A program made the position numbers and the translations under genes. Below are positions 36,301 to 47,500 of a stretch of 64,000 nucleotides of DNA, in pieces. The notes under the pieces are model-generated. The model searched no databases, was not told the origin of the DNA, and worked only from the letters and a program-made list of their open reading frames with translations. The stretch is from Rhynchopus sp. YZ270_cl-10 (taxonomy: Eukaryota), in the NCBI GenBank assembly GCA_964035575.1, contig OZ037843.1:1736001-1800000 (forward strand), in the 5' to 3' direction. Numbering within the stretch: the first letter of the stretch is position 1; every line of letters begins with the position of its first letter.

Positions 36301-38207
36301 ATACCTCGCTCACCACCCCCTAGGTTGTTGTCGCTGATGTTGTTGCTGCGTCTGCTGTTGATGTTGGTGCTGCTGTTGGACCTGCTGTTGGAACTGCTGC
36401 TGCAGAAGTCTTTGGAACTGCAGTTGAAACTGCTGTTGTGCCTGCTGTTGGAACTGCTGCTGGAACTGCTTTTGGAGACGCTGTTGGAACCGCTGCTGCA
36501 GAAGTCTGTGGAACTGCTGTTGAAACTGCTGTTAAGCCTACTGTTGGAACTGCTGTTGGACCTGCCGTTAGAGCTGCTGCCGCAGAAGTCCTTGCTGATG
36601 AAACTGCTGTTGTGCCTGCTGTTGTGCCTGTTGCTGGAACTGCTTTTGGAAACGCTGTTGGAACTGCTGCTGCAGAAGCCATTGGAACTGCTGTTGAAAC
36701 TGCTGTTGTTGAGCCTGCTGTTGGAACTGCTGATGGACCTGCCGTTGGAGCTGCTGCCGCAGAAGTCCTTGCTGATGAAACTGCTGTTGTGCCTGCTGTT
36801 GTGCCTGTTGCTGGAACTGCTTTTGGAAACGCTGTTGGAACTGCTGCTGCAGAAGCCATTGGAACTGCTGTTGAAACTGCTGTTGTTGTGCCTGCTGTTG
36901 GAACTGCTGCTGGACCTGCTGTTGGAACCGCTGCTGCAGAAGTCTGTGGAACTGCTGTTGAAACTGCTGTTAAGCCTACTGTTGGAACTGCTGTTGGACC
37001 TGCCGTTAGAGCTGCTGCCGCAGAAGTCCTTGCTGTTGAAACTGCTGTTGTTGAGCCTGCTGTTGGAACTGCTGATGGACCTGCCGTTGGAGCTGCTGCT
37101 GCAGAAGTCTTTGGAACTGCAGTTGAAACTGCTGTTGTGCCTGCTGTTGGAACTGCTGCTGGAACTGCTTTTGGAAACGCTCGTGGAACTGCTGCTGCAG
37201 AAGCCGTTGGAACTGCTGTTTAAACTGCTGTTGTGCCTGCTGTTGGAACTGCTGTTGGACCTGCTGTTGGAACCGCTGCTGCAGAAGCCTTTGGAACTGC
37301 TGGTGAAAAAGCTGTAGAGCCTGCTGTTGGAACTGCTGCTGTAAAGGCCTTTGGAACTGCTGCTGCTGCACACCAGGGGTGATACTGGGACCCCACCCAG
37401 GACTCCGAAGATTTCGTTTTTGCTGCTATCACAGTTGCAGCCACTGATGTGGTTGGGCATACATTGCCTCTTTTTGGGGATATCATGGGGGGAAGGGGGG
37501 TGTGGGTTGTTATGACAACAGTTCTTTGCTTTGTTGCCTCCACACACGTTTTTGTTGCTGCTATCAAAGCTGCAGCTGCTTGGGTTGTTGGGCTCAAGAG
37601 GCCTCTTTTTGGGGTAAAAAAGGGGGGGAAGGGGGCTCCTGCTACTGCTGTTGATGCAGCTTAAGTTGTTGCTCCTGTTGCTGCTGTTGCTGCTGCTGTT
37701 GTTGCTGCTGCTCTTGTTGCTGCTGTTGCTGCTGCTGCAGTTGCAGCTGGTGTAGCATATGTTGTTGCTGCTGTTGCTGCTGCTGCTGCTGTTGCTGCTT
37801 TTGTTGCTGCTGTTGCTGCTGCTGCTGTTGCTGCTGTTGCTGCTGTTGCTGCTGTTGCTGCTGTTGCTGCTGTTGCTGCTGTTGCTGCTGTTGCTGCTGT
37901 TGCTGCTGTTGCTGCTGTTGCTGCTGTTGCTGCTGTTGCTGCTGTTGCTGCTGTTGCTGCTGTTGCTGCTGTTGCTGCTGTTGCTGCTGTTGCTGCTGTT
38001 GCTGCTGTTGCTGCTGTTGCTGCTGTTGCTGCTGTTGCTGCTGTTGCTGCTGTTGCTGCTGTTGCTGCTGTTGCTGCTGTTGCTGCTGTTGCTGCTGTTG
38101 CTGCTGTTGCTGCTCTTGTTGTTGCTGCTGGTGTAGCTCCTGCTGCTGCTGCTGATGCAGACATGCAGCACCACCCACAACGCCCCCAAAAGGGCCTTCC
38201 TCCTCAT
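33311..38207 (-). CDS. N-terminal half of retrotransposon ORF: Ser/Asn repeats, hydrophobic segments, OTU-like domain, zinc finger, RT N-terminal motifs
   Basis: NDCGYVAL..SHFEAV, CPFDGC..HMRRH, SAAGPS, VRPIAVGDTLRRL, QVGV, LKIDYRNAFNCVDR; breaks at PELAHYC. Confidence 0.9.
36325..38155 (-). repeat. CAG/CAA-derived coding low-complexity repeats, including a perfect (AGCAGCAAC)n tract at ~37820-38110
   Basis: Direct inspection. Confidence 0.95.
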
Positions 38208-38261
38208 TTTTAAAAAAGCAAAAACCAAAAAACGAAAACAAAGAAGGACAAAACACACTAC

Positions 38262-38414
38262 GCCTTGCGCTTCGCCGGCCTGCACTCCTCAACCGTTGCC
38301 CAGGGACCGCCCCGTGGAGGCGTACAAGGCTCACAATAAAACAAAGGAAAGGGGGAGGGAGGGAGGGTAAAAAGAAAGGACAAGTGTGTTGTAATGTGTA
38401 AAAAAATGGTCCCC
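38262..38414 (-). ncRNA. HDV-like self-cleaving ribozyme at the retrotransposon 5' end
   Basis: P1 GGGGACC/GGTCCCT with G1-U wobble; P3 GCC/GGC; L3 TCCACGG; P1.1 CC/GG; GCAAC-P4; J4/2 GGCGAA with catalytic C at 38274; P2 GCCTTGTAC/GCGCAAGGC. Confidence 0.85.
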
Positions 38415-38510
38415 TGTAAAAAAATGGTCCCCTGTAAAAAAATGGTCCCCTGTAAAAAAATGGTCCCCTGTAAAAAAATGGTCCCCTGTAAAAAAATGGT
38501 CCCCTGTAAA
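38397..38510 (-). repeat. Six 18-bp tandem repeats (ACAGGGGACCATTTTTTT), each containing the ribozyme P1 5' strand
   Basis: GGTCCCC on plus strand at 38408, 38426, 38444, 38462, 38480, 38498. Confidence 0.95.
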
Positions 38511-38874
38511 CTGTAAGCTTTTTTGGTCATTTTTGCCTTGTAAAACATGACACTTGTGGCATGCTTCCCAGCACACAATAGTGCAAAAAAGTGACCATAG
38601 AGTTTTTTTGTACACGTTACCGCGAGCGGGCGCGCGAAGCGCGCACGCGAGCGCCCCGTGGGGAGCGAATAGCGGACCACCTGCCCAGTGCGTGAGGTGC
38701 TTACAAAAAAAACCACCTGAAAAAAAAGTGTCATCACGTTTCCATGGAAGTGTCACAAGAACGACAGGTTTTTTAGCCCGTCACCAAATTAGAAATGAAA
38801 TGAGAACGATGAGAAAGGACAACCAAAACGGAGAAAAAGAGAGAAACAGAAGAATACACAACACATAAAAAGAG

Positions 38875-38946
38875 TTCCCCGGCCGGGAATTGAACCCGGG
38901 TCTTCCGCGTGACAGGCGGAAATACGGACCTCTATACTTCCGAGGA
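38875..38946 (-). tRNA. tRNA-Asp: tRNA-Asp(GTC), atypical A8 and A73
   Basis: TCCGC CT GTC AC GCGGA; full cloverleaf. Confidence 0.9.
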
Positions 38947-39034
38947 TACAATGAAGCCTGTTTTTAAAAAGAATGCGTCCAGAGAAAGTCTTCAATCACA
39001 CCGAATCTGAAAAATAAAAAACAAAGAAAAGGAT

Positions 39035-39107
39035 TACCCCATGTGGGACTCGAACCCACAACCTTTGGATTAGAAGTCCAACGCGCTATCCATTGCGCCA
39101 ATGGGGC
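39035..39107 (-). tRNA. tRNA-Arg: tRNA-Arg(TCT)
   Basis: TTGGA CT TCT AA TCCAA. Confidence 0.95.
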
Positions 39108-39199
39108 TTGTTTCATATTCTTTTCTCGCTTTAAGGAAGTGTCCCATCACAGTCAACACCACCTGTAAAAAATTGTGAAGGAAATTCAAAAATGAAAAG

Positions 39200-39272
39200 T
39201 ACAACTAGCTGGGATTGAACCAGCGATCTTCCGCGTGTAAGGCGGACGTCCTAACCACTAGACGATAGCTGC
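39200..39272 (-). tRNA. tRNA-Val: tRNA-Val(TAC)
   Basis: TCCGC CT TAC AC GCGGA. Confidence 0.95.
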
Positions 39273-39370
39273 CCAAACTTAGTGAGATGTTAAGGGTCTG
39301 ACCAACTTTTTTTTGGTGTGCAAAAAATTTTTTTCAGGTCAAAAAAATGGGTTCATCGAAAAAGGTTATC

Positions 39371-39443
39371 TAGCAGAGATAGGTTTCGATCCTATGACCT
39401 GTGGGTTATGAGCCCACCGCGCTGACCACTGCGCCACTCTGCT
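39371..39443 (-). tRNA. tRNA-iMet: Initiator tRNA-Met(CAT)
   Basis: A1-U72, GGG/CCC anticodon stem, GATCGAAA T-loop. Confidence 0.95.
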
Positions 39444-39493
39444 TCTAATTACTTCCAACAATGTTTTCTACATGCCCGGCTTAAAAAAGGCTA

Positions 39494-39564
39494 TGCGACC
39501 GCCGGGAATCGAACCCGGGTCGAACCCTTGGGAGGGGTCCATCATGCCACTAGACCACGGTCGC
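39494..39564 (-). tRNA. tRNA-Gly: tRNA-Gly(CCC)
   Basis: GACCC CT CCC AA GGGTT. Confidence 0.95.
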
Positions 39565-39590
39565 CTTATCAAGGGATAAAAGGGCTCTAC

Positions 39591-39663
39591 GCTCTCGTGG
39601 CCTAGTGGTTAAGGCACAGGTCTTATGAGCCTGGGATCGCGGGTTCAAACCCCGCCGGGAGCA
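39591..39663 (+). tRNA. tRNA-Ile: tRNA-Ile(TAT)
   Basis: CAGGT CT TAT GA GCCTG. Confidence 0.93.
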
Positions 39664-39742
39664 AAGCCTTTTTTTGTTCGATGAATCTTGTTCAGTTCTC
39701 CTCGTCTTTCGTGACTCCTCCAGAAGTTGCAAAGGAACAGTA

Positions 39743-39824
39743 GCGGACGTATCCAAGTGGTTACGGAGGTGCACTCGAAATGCATTGGGCTCTGCCCGCG
39801 CAGGTTCAAATCCTGCCGTCCGCG
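39743..39824 (+). tRNA. tRNA-Ser: tRNA-Ser(CGA)
   Basis: GTGCA CT CGA AA TGCAT, long variable arm, G73. Confidence 0.95.
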
Positions 39825-39899
39825 TTATTGCCTTTTTGCTGTGCAGGGGGAAGTCCTGTACATTCCACACATCCCAAATAAATTTTCACTGGGAGTAAG

Positions 39900-40480
39900 T
39901 GATTAGGGCATGATGTGTGATGCTCCAATTTGCGGTTACGACTTCATAATGGATTCAGGAGCATCCAAACATCCCATTTTCCCGTTAGTTTCCCATTTTT
40001 GACGATCTGGCTATTGCAGAATAGCGGTGAATATGACATTTTGCTGGGTCATTTTAGCCACCTCGATTAGGACACTTCTGATGCTCTAATTTGCGTTTAC
40101 AACATCATAATGCATTCAGGAGCAGCCGAATAACCCATTATCCCAACGTTTTCGCGTTTTTGACCATTTTTGCTGTTACGAAATATCCGGTGAAAAATGG
40201 GAAAATTCCATGTTTCACTGAGGATATGTGTGATACTCCAATTTGTGGTTACAACATCACAATGCATTCAGGAGCGCCCAAATAACCCATTTTCCCAACG
40301 TTTTTGCGTTTTTGGCCATTTTTGCTATTGCAGAATAGAGGCAAAAAAGACAGTTTACTGGGTCATTTTCGCCAAATCGATCAGGGCACTTCTGATGCTC
40401 CAATCAAATCGTCCAACCTCATAATGCATTCAGGAGCACCCAAATAACACATATTCCCAACGTTTTCGCGTTTTTGATCC
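39900..40480. repeat. Degenerate satellite-like repeats
   Basis: Recurring GATGCTCCAATTTG..CATAATGCATTCAGGAGC..CCCAACGTTTT blocks. Confidence 0.7.
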
Positions 40481-40529
40481 TGTGTGAGCAATCCAGAACA
40501 ACTTTGTGCTTCAGTAAAAAATAGTAAAA

Positions 40530-40649
40530 AGGATTCAAGCACCCGGACTTCCCAGCTGGTCACCCACGCCAGTACTATCCAGGCCTGCTGGTGTTTAACT
40601 TCTCAAATCAGGCGGGATGAGGTGTATTCACCAGAGTATGGCCGAATCC
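40530..40649 (-). rRNA. 5S rRNA: 5S rRNA
   Basis: GGATTCGGCCATAC..GAAGTTAA..AGTACT..GGGTGACC..TGGGAA..GAATCC followed by T run. Confidence 0.96.
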
Positions 40650-40733
40650 AATACTGAGTCATGGTGGACAACATGTGAACAGGTTGTTTGTGACCTAACA
40701 ACGGACTAGAAATAGAACAGTGAACAAAAAACA

Positions 40734-40806
40734 AGGCACTAGAGGGGATCGAACCCTCGACCTCTCGCTTACTGGGCGAGCGCTCTAACCACTGAGCTAT
40801 AGCGCC
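40734..40806 (-). tRNA. tRNA-Thr: tRNA-Thr(AGT) with C33
   Basis: CTCGC CC AGT AA GCGAG. Confidence 0.93.
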
Positions 40807-40927
40807 ATGCTTTCTCTCCATCTTCTTTTCTTTGAAGGGGGTCTTTTGAAATGTACAGAGCACACATCAAAAATTTCCTTCATACCTCCGCAATGGTGAA
40901 AAAATTTTTAACGAAGGAGCCTAGTAA

Positions 40928-41009
40928 GGCGAGGTGGCCGAGTGGTCTAAGGCGCTACGTTCAGGTCGTAGTCTCTTCGGGGGCGTGAGTTCAAACCTCA
41001 CCCTCGTCA
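40928..41009 (+). tRNA. tRNA-Leu: tRNA-Leu(CAG)
   Basis: CTACG TT CAG GT CGTAG, long variable arm. Confidence 0.95.
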
Positions 41010-41086
41010 CTTTTTCTTCGTTGTGTGATCATCTAAAACCTATTTCCGCCCAAAGCTTGTTGTTTTATAGAAGCATAATAATTGTG

Positions 41087-41158
41087 GGGCTCTTAGCTCA
41101 GTGGAAGAGCGCCCGTTCCGCATACGGGAGGCCGAGAGTTCGAACCTCTCAGGGTCCA
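41087..41158 (+). tRNA. tRNA-Ala: tRNA-Ala(CGC) with C33
   Basis: CCCGT TC CGC AT ACGGG; G3-U70 Ala identity pair. Confidence 0.93.
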
Positions 41159-41232
41159 CAGTTTTTTTTCTGATTTGTTTCCTCCTGTGTAAATTGGTTC
41201 TCAGAGCTTTCACACCTTGCTCCCTAAAATGT

Positions 41233-41304
41233 GGCTGTTTAGCTCAGTGGTAGAGCACATCATCCGTAATGATGGGGTCGTGGGTTCAATCCCCACAGCG
41301 GCCT
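41233..41304 (+). tRNA. tRNA-Thr: tRNA-Thr(CGT) with C33
   Basis: CATCA TC CGT AA TGATG. Confidence 0.93.
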
Positions 41305-41415
41305 AGGTTTTTTTCAGAGCTTTCCTTTCAGACCTTTACAACCTAACTTGGGGTTTGTGGGTTTGCGGTCACTGGTGCACACATGGCCTGTGGACGGGCA
41401 GGGGCAAAAAAAATT

Positions 41416-41745
41416 GGGTGCTTGCGTTGTGTGCTGGATCGGGACCACCAGTAAACTGGCAGCCCCACATCCAGTTCTAATATTTGAAGTGTGAAATAGA
41501 ACGCAATCGGAAGATTAGTTTACACGAATGTAAGAATAATATCGTCATGGTAATATTCTGTACAGATTGTACGGGATTTACTATCATATGAGAGTAGTCC
41601 GTCGCAGGCCACATCGGGCCCGCAAACATGACCGGTCTTCACACAAAATTGTAAAAGAATTTTCTCAGAAGAAATGTCTTTTTCAAGTTTTTGTTGTTGC
41701 TGAACGAGTTGTTTGGTTTCGAAGTAGCACACTAACTTAGCACCC
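41416..41745 (-). ncRNA. ~330-nt panhandle RNA, vault-RNA-like (paralog A)
   Basis: Starts after a 23-nt spacer from the U6/7SL-type upstream element; GGGTGCT/AGCACCC and GTGTGCT/AGCACAC terminal stems; T8 terminator; paralog at 51022. Confidence 0.7.
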
Positions 41746-41768
41746 AAACATACAGCAAACATCGGAAT

Positions 41769-41804
41769 ACAAGACAGGGTCGTCTTGTTGGAGATGGGTC
41801 AGGG
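41769..41804 (-). promoter_or_regulatory. Conserved 36-bp upstream element (U6/7SL type)
   Basis: CCCTGACCCATCTCCAACAAGACGACCCTGTCTTGT. Confidence 0.75.
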
Positions 41805-41854
41805 TCTGGACATCCTCAAAACCACACACCTAACACAACAGAAGAAAAGTAAAA

Positions 41855-41974
41855 AGGATTCAAGCACCCGGACTTCCCAGCTGGTCACCCACGCCAGTAC
41901 TATCCAGGCCTGCTGGTGCTTAACTTCTCAAATCAGGCGGGATGAGGTGTATTCACCAGAGTATGGCCGAATCC
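41855..41974 (-). rRNA. 5S rRNA: 5S rRNA
   Basis: Near-identical to the other copies. Confidence 0.96.
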
Positions 41975-42027
41975 AATAATAGGTCTGGATAGAAAAGCTG
42001 GGAAGACTTATTAACAGTCCGTTTTTA

Positions 42028-42084
42028 CCTGAGAAGTTAGACACCTCTAAGCCTGGATAGTACTGGCGTGGGTGACCAACTGGA
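42028..42084 (+). pseudogene. Truncated 5S rRNA fragment
   Basis: TGAGAAGTTA..GCCTGGATAGTACTGGCGTGGGTGACCA.CTGG matches the 5S interior; ends missing. Confidence 0.8.
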
Positions 42085-42329
42085 TAAATACACCGAAAAA
42101 TAGATTTAAATTGTCAGACCGGTTCTGAGCTGTGCGCATCCATAAATAACTAAAAAAATACTTGCGTCAGAAAATCCTAGTGTGTTGTACCGTGGTCCGA
42201 AATTCTTTCGGTCCCGGGTTCAACACCTGAGATGAATAATATATTTTGGTTTTTCCAGATTTTTCTCATTTTTTTGTCTCCTCACTCTTCACTCTTTCTG
42301 AGGATCTTCAAAATTGTCAAAAGTGAGAA

Positions 42330-43610
42330 ATTTTTGGGAAAATGGCATATTTAGGGGCTCTTGAATCCATTATGAGGTCAGATGAATCAATCTGAGCATC
42401 ACACATATCCTAATAGACAAAATGTCCGTTTATCAAAATACCTGAAAATGCCTCTTTATCCTATCTAAGGATGTCAGAAACCCTCAAAAGTGCAAAAATC
42501 TTGGGAATACAGGGTTTTTGGGCCATTCTGAATCCATTGCGGGGTCGGACGATTTGATTGGAGCATCAGAAGTGTCCTAATCGGTAAAATGTCGCAAAAT
42601 TATGGGCAAAATGCCTTTATACCCTATCTAAGCAATTAGAATATGCTCGAAAATGCAATATTCTTGGGTATATGGGGTTTTTGGGCACATCTGAGTCAAT
42701 TGCGGGGTCGCACGATCAGATCCGAGCATCACACAATACCTAGAATTTCAACTATGCAACGAACGTGTCTATTTTGGGGAAAATGGCTTATAACCATATG
42801 TAAGTAGCTTAAAAATGCTCGAAAATGCAAAAATCTTGGGAATATGGGGTTTTTGGGCAAATCTGAGTTCATTGCAGGGTCGTACGATCAGAGCCGAGTA
42901 TCACACAATGTCTAGAATTTCAGATATGCAACAAACACCTGTATTTTGGTGTAAAATGCATATAACCATATCTGAATGTCTCAAATACGCACGAAAATGA
43001 AGAAATCTTGGGTATATAGGGTTTTTGGGCACATCTGAGTCAATTGCGGGGTCGTACGCTCAGATCCGAGCATCACACAATGTCTAGAATTTTAGCTATG
43101 CAACAAACACCTGTATTTTGGGTAAAATGGCTAATAATCATATGGAAATGTCTCAAATATGCATGAAAATGCAAAAATCTTGGGTATATGGCGTTTTTGG
43201 GCACTTTTGAGTCAATTGCGGGGTCGTACGATCAGATTAGAGCATCACACAATGTCTCAAATTTTACAGGTGCAACAAACACCTGTATTTTGGTGTAAAA
43301 TGCAAAAAACCATATCTAAATACCTCAAATATGCACGACAATGCATAAATCTTGGGAATATAGGGTTTTTGGGCCAATCTGAGTCAATTGCGGGGTTGCA
43401 CGGTCAAATCCGAGTATCAGGCCCTCTCTACAACTTAGCTGGTGCTCAAACATTGGGGTTACAGGCAAATTTACCTGTACACATATGACCTCTGTACGAA
43501 CCTTATTTTCACTCTAAAATGCATTTTTCTTGGGTATATGGGGTATTTGAGCACATCTGAGTCAATTGCGGGGTCGTACGGTCAGATCCGAGCATCACAC
43601 AATGTCTAAC
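42330..43610 (+). repeat. ~172-bp tandem satellite (related copies at ~47700, ~49200 and 63360-63770)
   Basis: GAGTCAATTGCGGGGTCG..GAGCATCACACAATGTCT recurring. Confidence 0.85.
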
Positions 43611-43619
43611 TGAGAAATA

Positions 43620-44560
43620 TTTTGAAAAAAGTCGATTTTTTGGTGAAAATATTTTTCACAGAAAATCGAATTTTACTATTAAGATTGGCTTTGGGCATGA
43701 CCCAGTAAGGTTACTATGGGCCCCATGGGACATATAGACCCGAATACCAGGCCGTATTTTCAAAAAGTTGATAATCCCAGTGTATGGTATGGCCCTGTGG
43801 TACGAAATTTTTGGCCGAAAAAATCGACCAAAAAATCGTCATTTTTCGGGGTCACGGTGACAAAAAGTTGCATTTTTTCACGAAAAATGGTCGGAATGTG
43901 ACTTGAATGGGCTCTAATGGGTATATTATGCACATAACATACCTAAATTATGTCGATATTTCACCAGCGGAGCCGAAAAAATCGATTTTCAGGGTGTCCA
44001 AAACTGTAAAAATGACGAAAATCAGAAAAATGACGATTTTTTGGTCAAAATATTTTTCACAGAAAATCGAATTTTACTATTAAGATTGGCTTTGGGCATG
44101 ACCCAGTAAGGTTACTATGGGCCCCATGGGACATATACACCCGAATACCAGGCCGTATTTTCAAAAAGTTGATAATCCCAGTATATGGTATGCCCCATGG
44201 GACATATACACCCGAATACCAGGCCGTATTTTCAAAAAGTTGATAATCCCAGTATATGGTATGGCCCTGTGGTACGAAATTTTTGGCCGAAAAAATCGAC
44301 CAAAAAATCGTCATTTTTCGGGGTCACGGTGACAAAAAGTTGCATTTTTTCACGAAAAATGGTCGGAATGTGACTTGAATGGGCTCTAATGGGTATATTA
44401 TGCACATAACATACCTAAATTATGTCGATATTTCACCGGCGGAGCCGAAAAAATCGATTTTCAGGGTGTGCAAAACTGTAAAAATCACCAAAATCCCAAA
44501 AATCACGATTTTTTTTCAAAAATATTTTTTTCAAAAAAATCGATTTTAAAATATTGGTCT
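43620..44560 (+). repeat. ~400-bp tandem duplication with nested 68-bp duplication
   Basis: 43716 matches 44117; 44117 matches 44185. Confidence 0.85.
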
Positions 44561-47500
44561 GGCTTGTGCGGGGACCTGAATCTGGGGCAACATACCCTGT
44601 GGGACATACTGGGCCCGATGCAAGGCCGATTTTTCAAAAATATGGTTGCCCCGGTAGACGGTATGGCCCTGCAGGTCAGTGCATCGGGCCAAAAATCATG
44701 AAAAAATCATGATTTTGGGGTCTGGCACCCCATGGGCACATATATCTGGGGGTGTGAAATATGCATGGAATCGACCGATTGGGGGTGTTATAGGTCCTGG
44801 GGGCCCACATGGGCCATATTTCACGCTATTGGGTCACGGGAAAGTGATTTTGACATTTTTTCATCGATTTTAGCTGTGAGAACCCTTCAAAAACACTGAT
44901 TTTGGGGTGTTTCTGAGACGGTACGCTATACCCAGGGTCATATTAGGTATTAGTCCGGTCGACTTTTTGAAAAAACGACCCCGCAATGGACTCAGGGGTG
45001 CCAGATAGTGTATATGCACCAGAATGGATTCACGGGAAAAGTCAAAATTGGGTGTCAGATACATGCTGCCATAAGTGACGAATTTCAAAAGTTGAGATTT
45101 TTCGAAAATCAGGGTTCAGTACACGCTGTACCCAATCCTGGGGGCCAAAATTTTCAACTTTTTGAAAAAACGGGCGGTATATGGCCCTAAATTGTCAAAA
45201 TGAGTTAATTGCGACCTCGGACGGCCTCCGGAGATGAGTAGAAGTTTATTTACTGAAAAAAAAAGTCAAAACACAGGCAAAATCCCACCTTCCACAGGTA
45301 CAGTCAAAACTTTTATCCAGATCTCATGTTTTTTATTCAAAAAATTTTAAATTGTTTTTATGACTAACACCTCCGAAATTTTTCCTGATAAGATGGAATA
45401 TGGTCCTGTCGTAGTATGCAGTGTGTTTGCAGGCAAAAATTTGCATTTTCTCGCCCCAGACATTTTTTTATACATAAAAGTGCATAAAGGGACCCCTGAC
45501 CCCAAAATCCGGGTTCCAGCTTTTTGAAGGGGTCACCCTACAGGCCACCTCAAAAAGTTGGCCCGTAGGGCCAGCTTTTTGAAAAAACGGGGTTGCGATG
45601 TGTCCTGGGGGCCCGAAGGGCCCCCAGGACACATCGCTGGGAAAAAAATATTAGGTTTTTGGGGGTCTATATAGGGTTGCTGTGGGGGTCACATGGCCGA
45701 AAAATGGCCATTTTTGGCCTATTTGTGGCCATTTTTTTAAGGTAAAAAATCCACTTTTTTTTTGTACATCCCCTTGCCCCCGGTAAAATTTACCAAACAT
45801 ATGGCCCTGTTGGACATACTGGGCCCATGAGTCGGTCGCTGGATCACCAAACTAGTTGCCCTATTTGCTAAAATCATGTTTTCAGGGTCAAAAATAGGGT
45901 GTTTTTTAGGGTCAAAAATAGGGTGTTTTTCAGGGGTATGTTAACCACGTATGTGTCTTAGGGACCAAATTTTCCAGGAATGCGAACCAATCGGGTCGCA
46001 ATGGGTCCAGGGGGCCCGGAGGGCCCCCATGCAGGGAAAATTTGCAACAATCCTGGGCAATGCTGGGGGCCGATAGGGTGTGCCTATACACGTGTTTTTA
46101 TGTGTTTTTGGGCACTTTTCAGGATTTTCGAAAATTTTTGCAACACCAAAATCAAAAATTTCGGTCTAGGAGGCCCATATCTGGAAAAAATCGATATTCC
46201 AATGGCCTCATTGGGACATATTGGGCCCAGGACCCTATTTTCAGGTCCCAGGAAAAGCCAAACCAATGAAAAAAATAGCTCAGGCGACCCCCAAAAATAG
46301 GCGAAAAACAGCCATTTTTAGGGTGTTTTTTAGGGGTATTTTTACACACACAAATTGTTTACCATAGCACACCCCCAGGCTGCCTCAAAATTTTATCTTT
46401 ATTTGATTTTTCCAACCCACATAGGGGTATTTGAGGCACAACTTTCACCAAGCCTGGGGAATGCGGCACTGCACACACACAACTGAAAAAGGCAAAAATC
46501 ACCTGTTTTTCAAGGTGTCGCAGGGTAAATGTTGTTCCTTAAAAACCAAACTTTTTCTAAAAAATAGGCCCTGCGGGTAAAAAAACGACACTATGGGGGG
46601 TATTCCAGGGTGTGGGGGCCCCAAAAATCCGGTTTAAGACCACGAGAGGGTCCGAATACACACCTGAGAAGGTCCCGGGGAGTAAAAAAATGGCCATTTT
46701 TGGGGGGTCAAAATCTCACTTTTTGGGGGGATGTTTGTATACCCAGTACCGACCCACTAGCTGGAATGCCCAACTTTTCGCGAATATGGGGGCCCGTAGG
46801 GCCCCCGGGGCCCAGGGGGCCCAAAATATCGTGTTGCAGATGCCAGGAGAACATGTTTCAATATTTTGGATACATTTTTCCATAGGGTCATTTTCAAAAG
46901 CACTGATTTTAGGGGTATTGAGCGAGGTACCCATACCCATGGGTTATCCTATATATTAGTTTTCACTCGGATGTGAAAAAACGATGTCGCAATGGATTCA
47001 GGGGGCCCAAATAGGGTATATGGCCCAGGAAATTTTCAAAAAGTTGACCCAATCAGGTATACAGGCATACAAGCCGGTAGGTCAACAGATAGGGTGTTTT
47101 CCGCACCCAAAATATGGGGTCATGACCATGTGGGTCAGACCTGAATTGATAAATGTTTCGCACAGGTTTTCGCGAATACCCCCTCTATTCCGAATGCGCT
47201 ACAAGAGTTTTAAATTTTTGGCTATTTAGATTCACTTTTCAAAACAAAATGGGTCTCCAGAACACACATGAGGTTCACATGTACCTCTACAGAAACCTTG
47301 GTTTTGGTCGGATTTTGAGGCCAATTTTTGGGTTCCCACCAATTTCCTAGGGTATACTGGGATATTGCCCGTGTGTCCAAAAGTGATTTTTGGGGCCTTA
47401 GGACCCCGGAGAATCCATTTAACGGTCGTTTTTGCACCGGAAAGACCTATCTAGTACCCAAAAATCGAATTTTCATATTTTTGAAAAAGTGACCAAAAAT

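Larger units (their letters stand above)
27582..38515 (-). mobile_element. Full-length CRE/SLACS-like non-LTR retrotransposon (RT plus restriction-like endonuclease), ~10.9 kb, with internal inversion 27725-33310
   Basis: TSD AGCTTTTTTGG at 27571-81 and 38516-26 (empty site at 26952-62); poly(A) tail 27582-27640 on minus strand; RT and REL motifs. Confidence 0.9.

Noticed and set aside
37642..38334. Poly-Q, poly-L and poly-AT ORFs
   Set aside because: Alternative frames of the CAG/CAA repeat inside the retrotransposon ORF
42165..42235. tRNA-like remnant with a B-box
   Set aside because: No cloverleaf can be built
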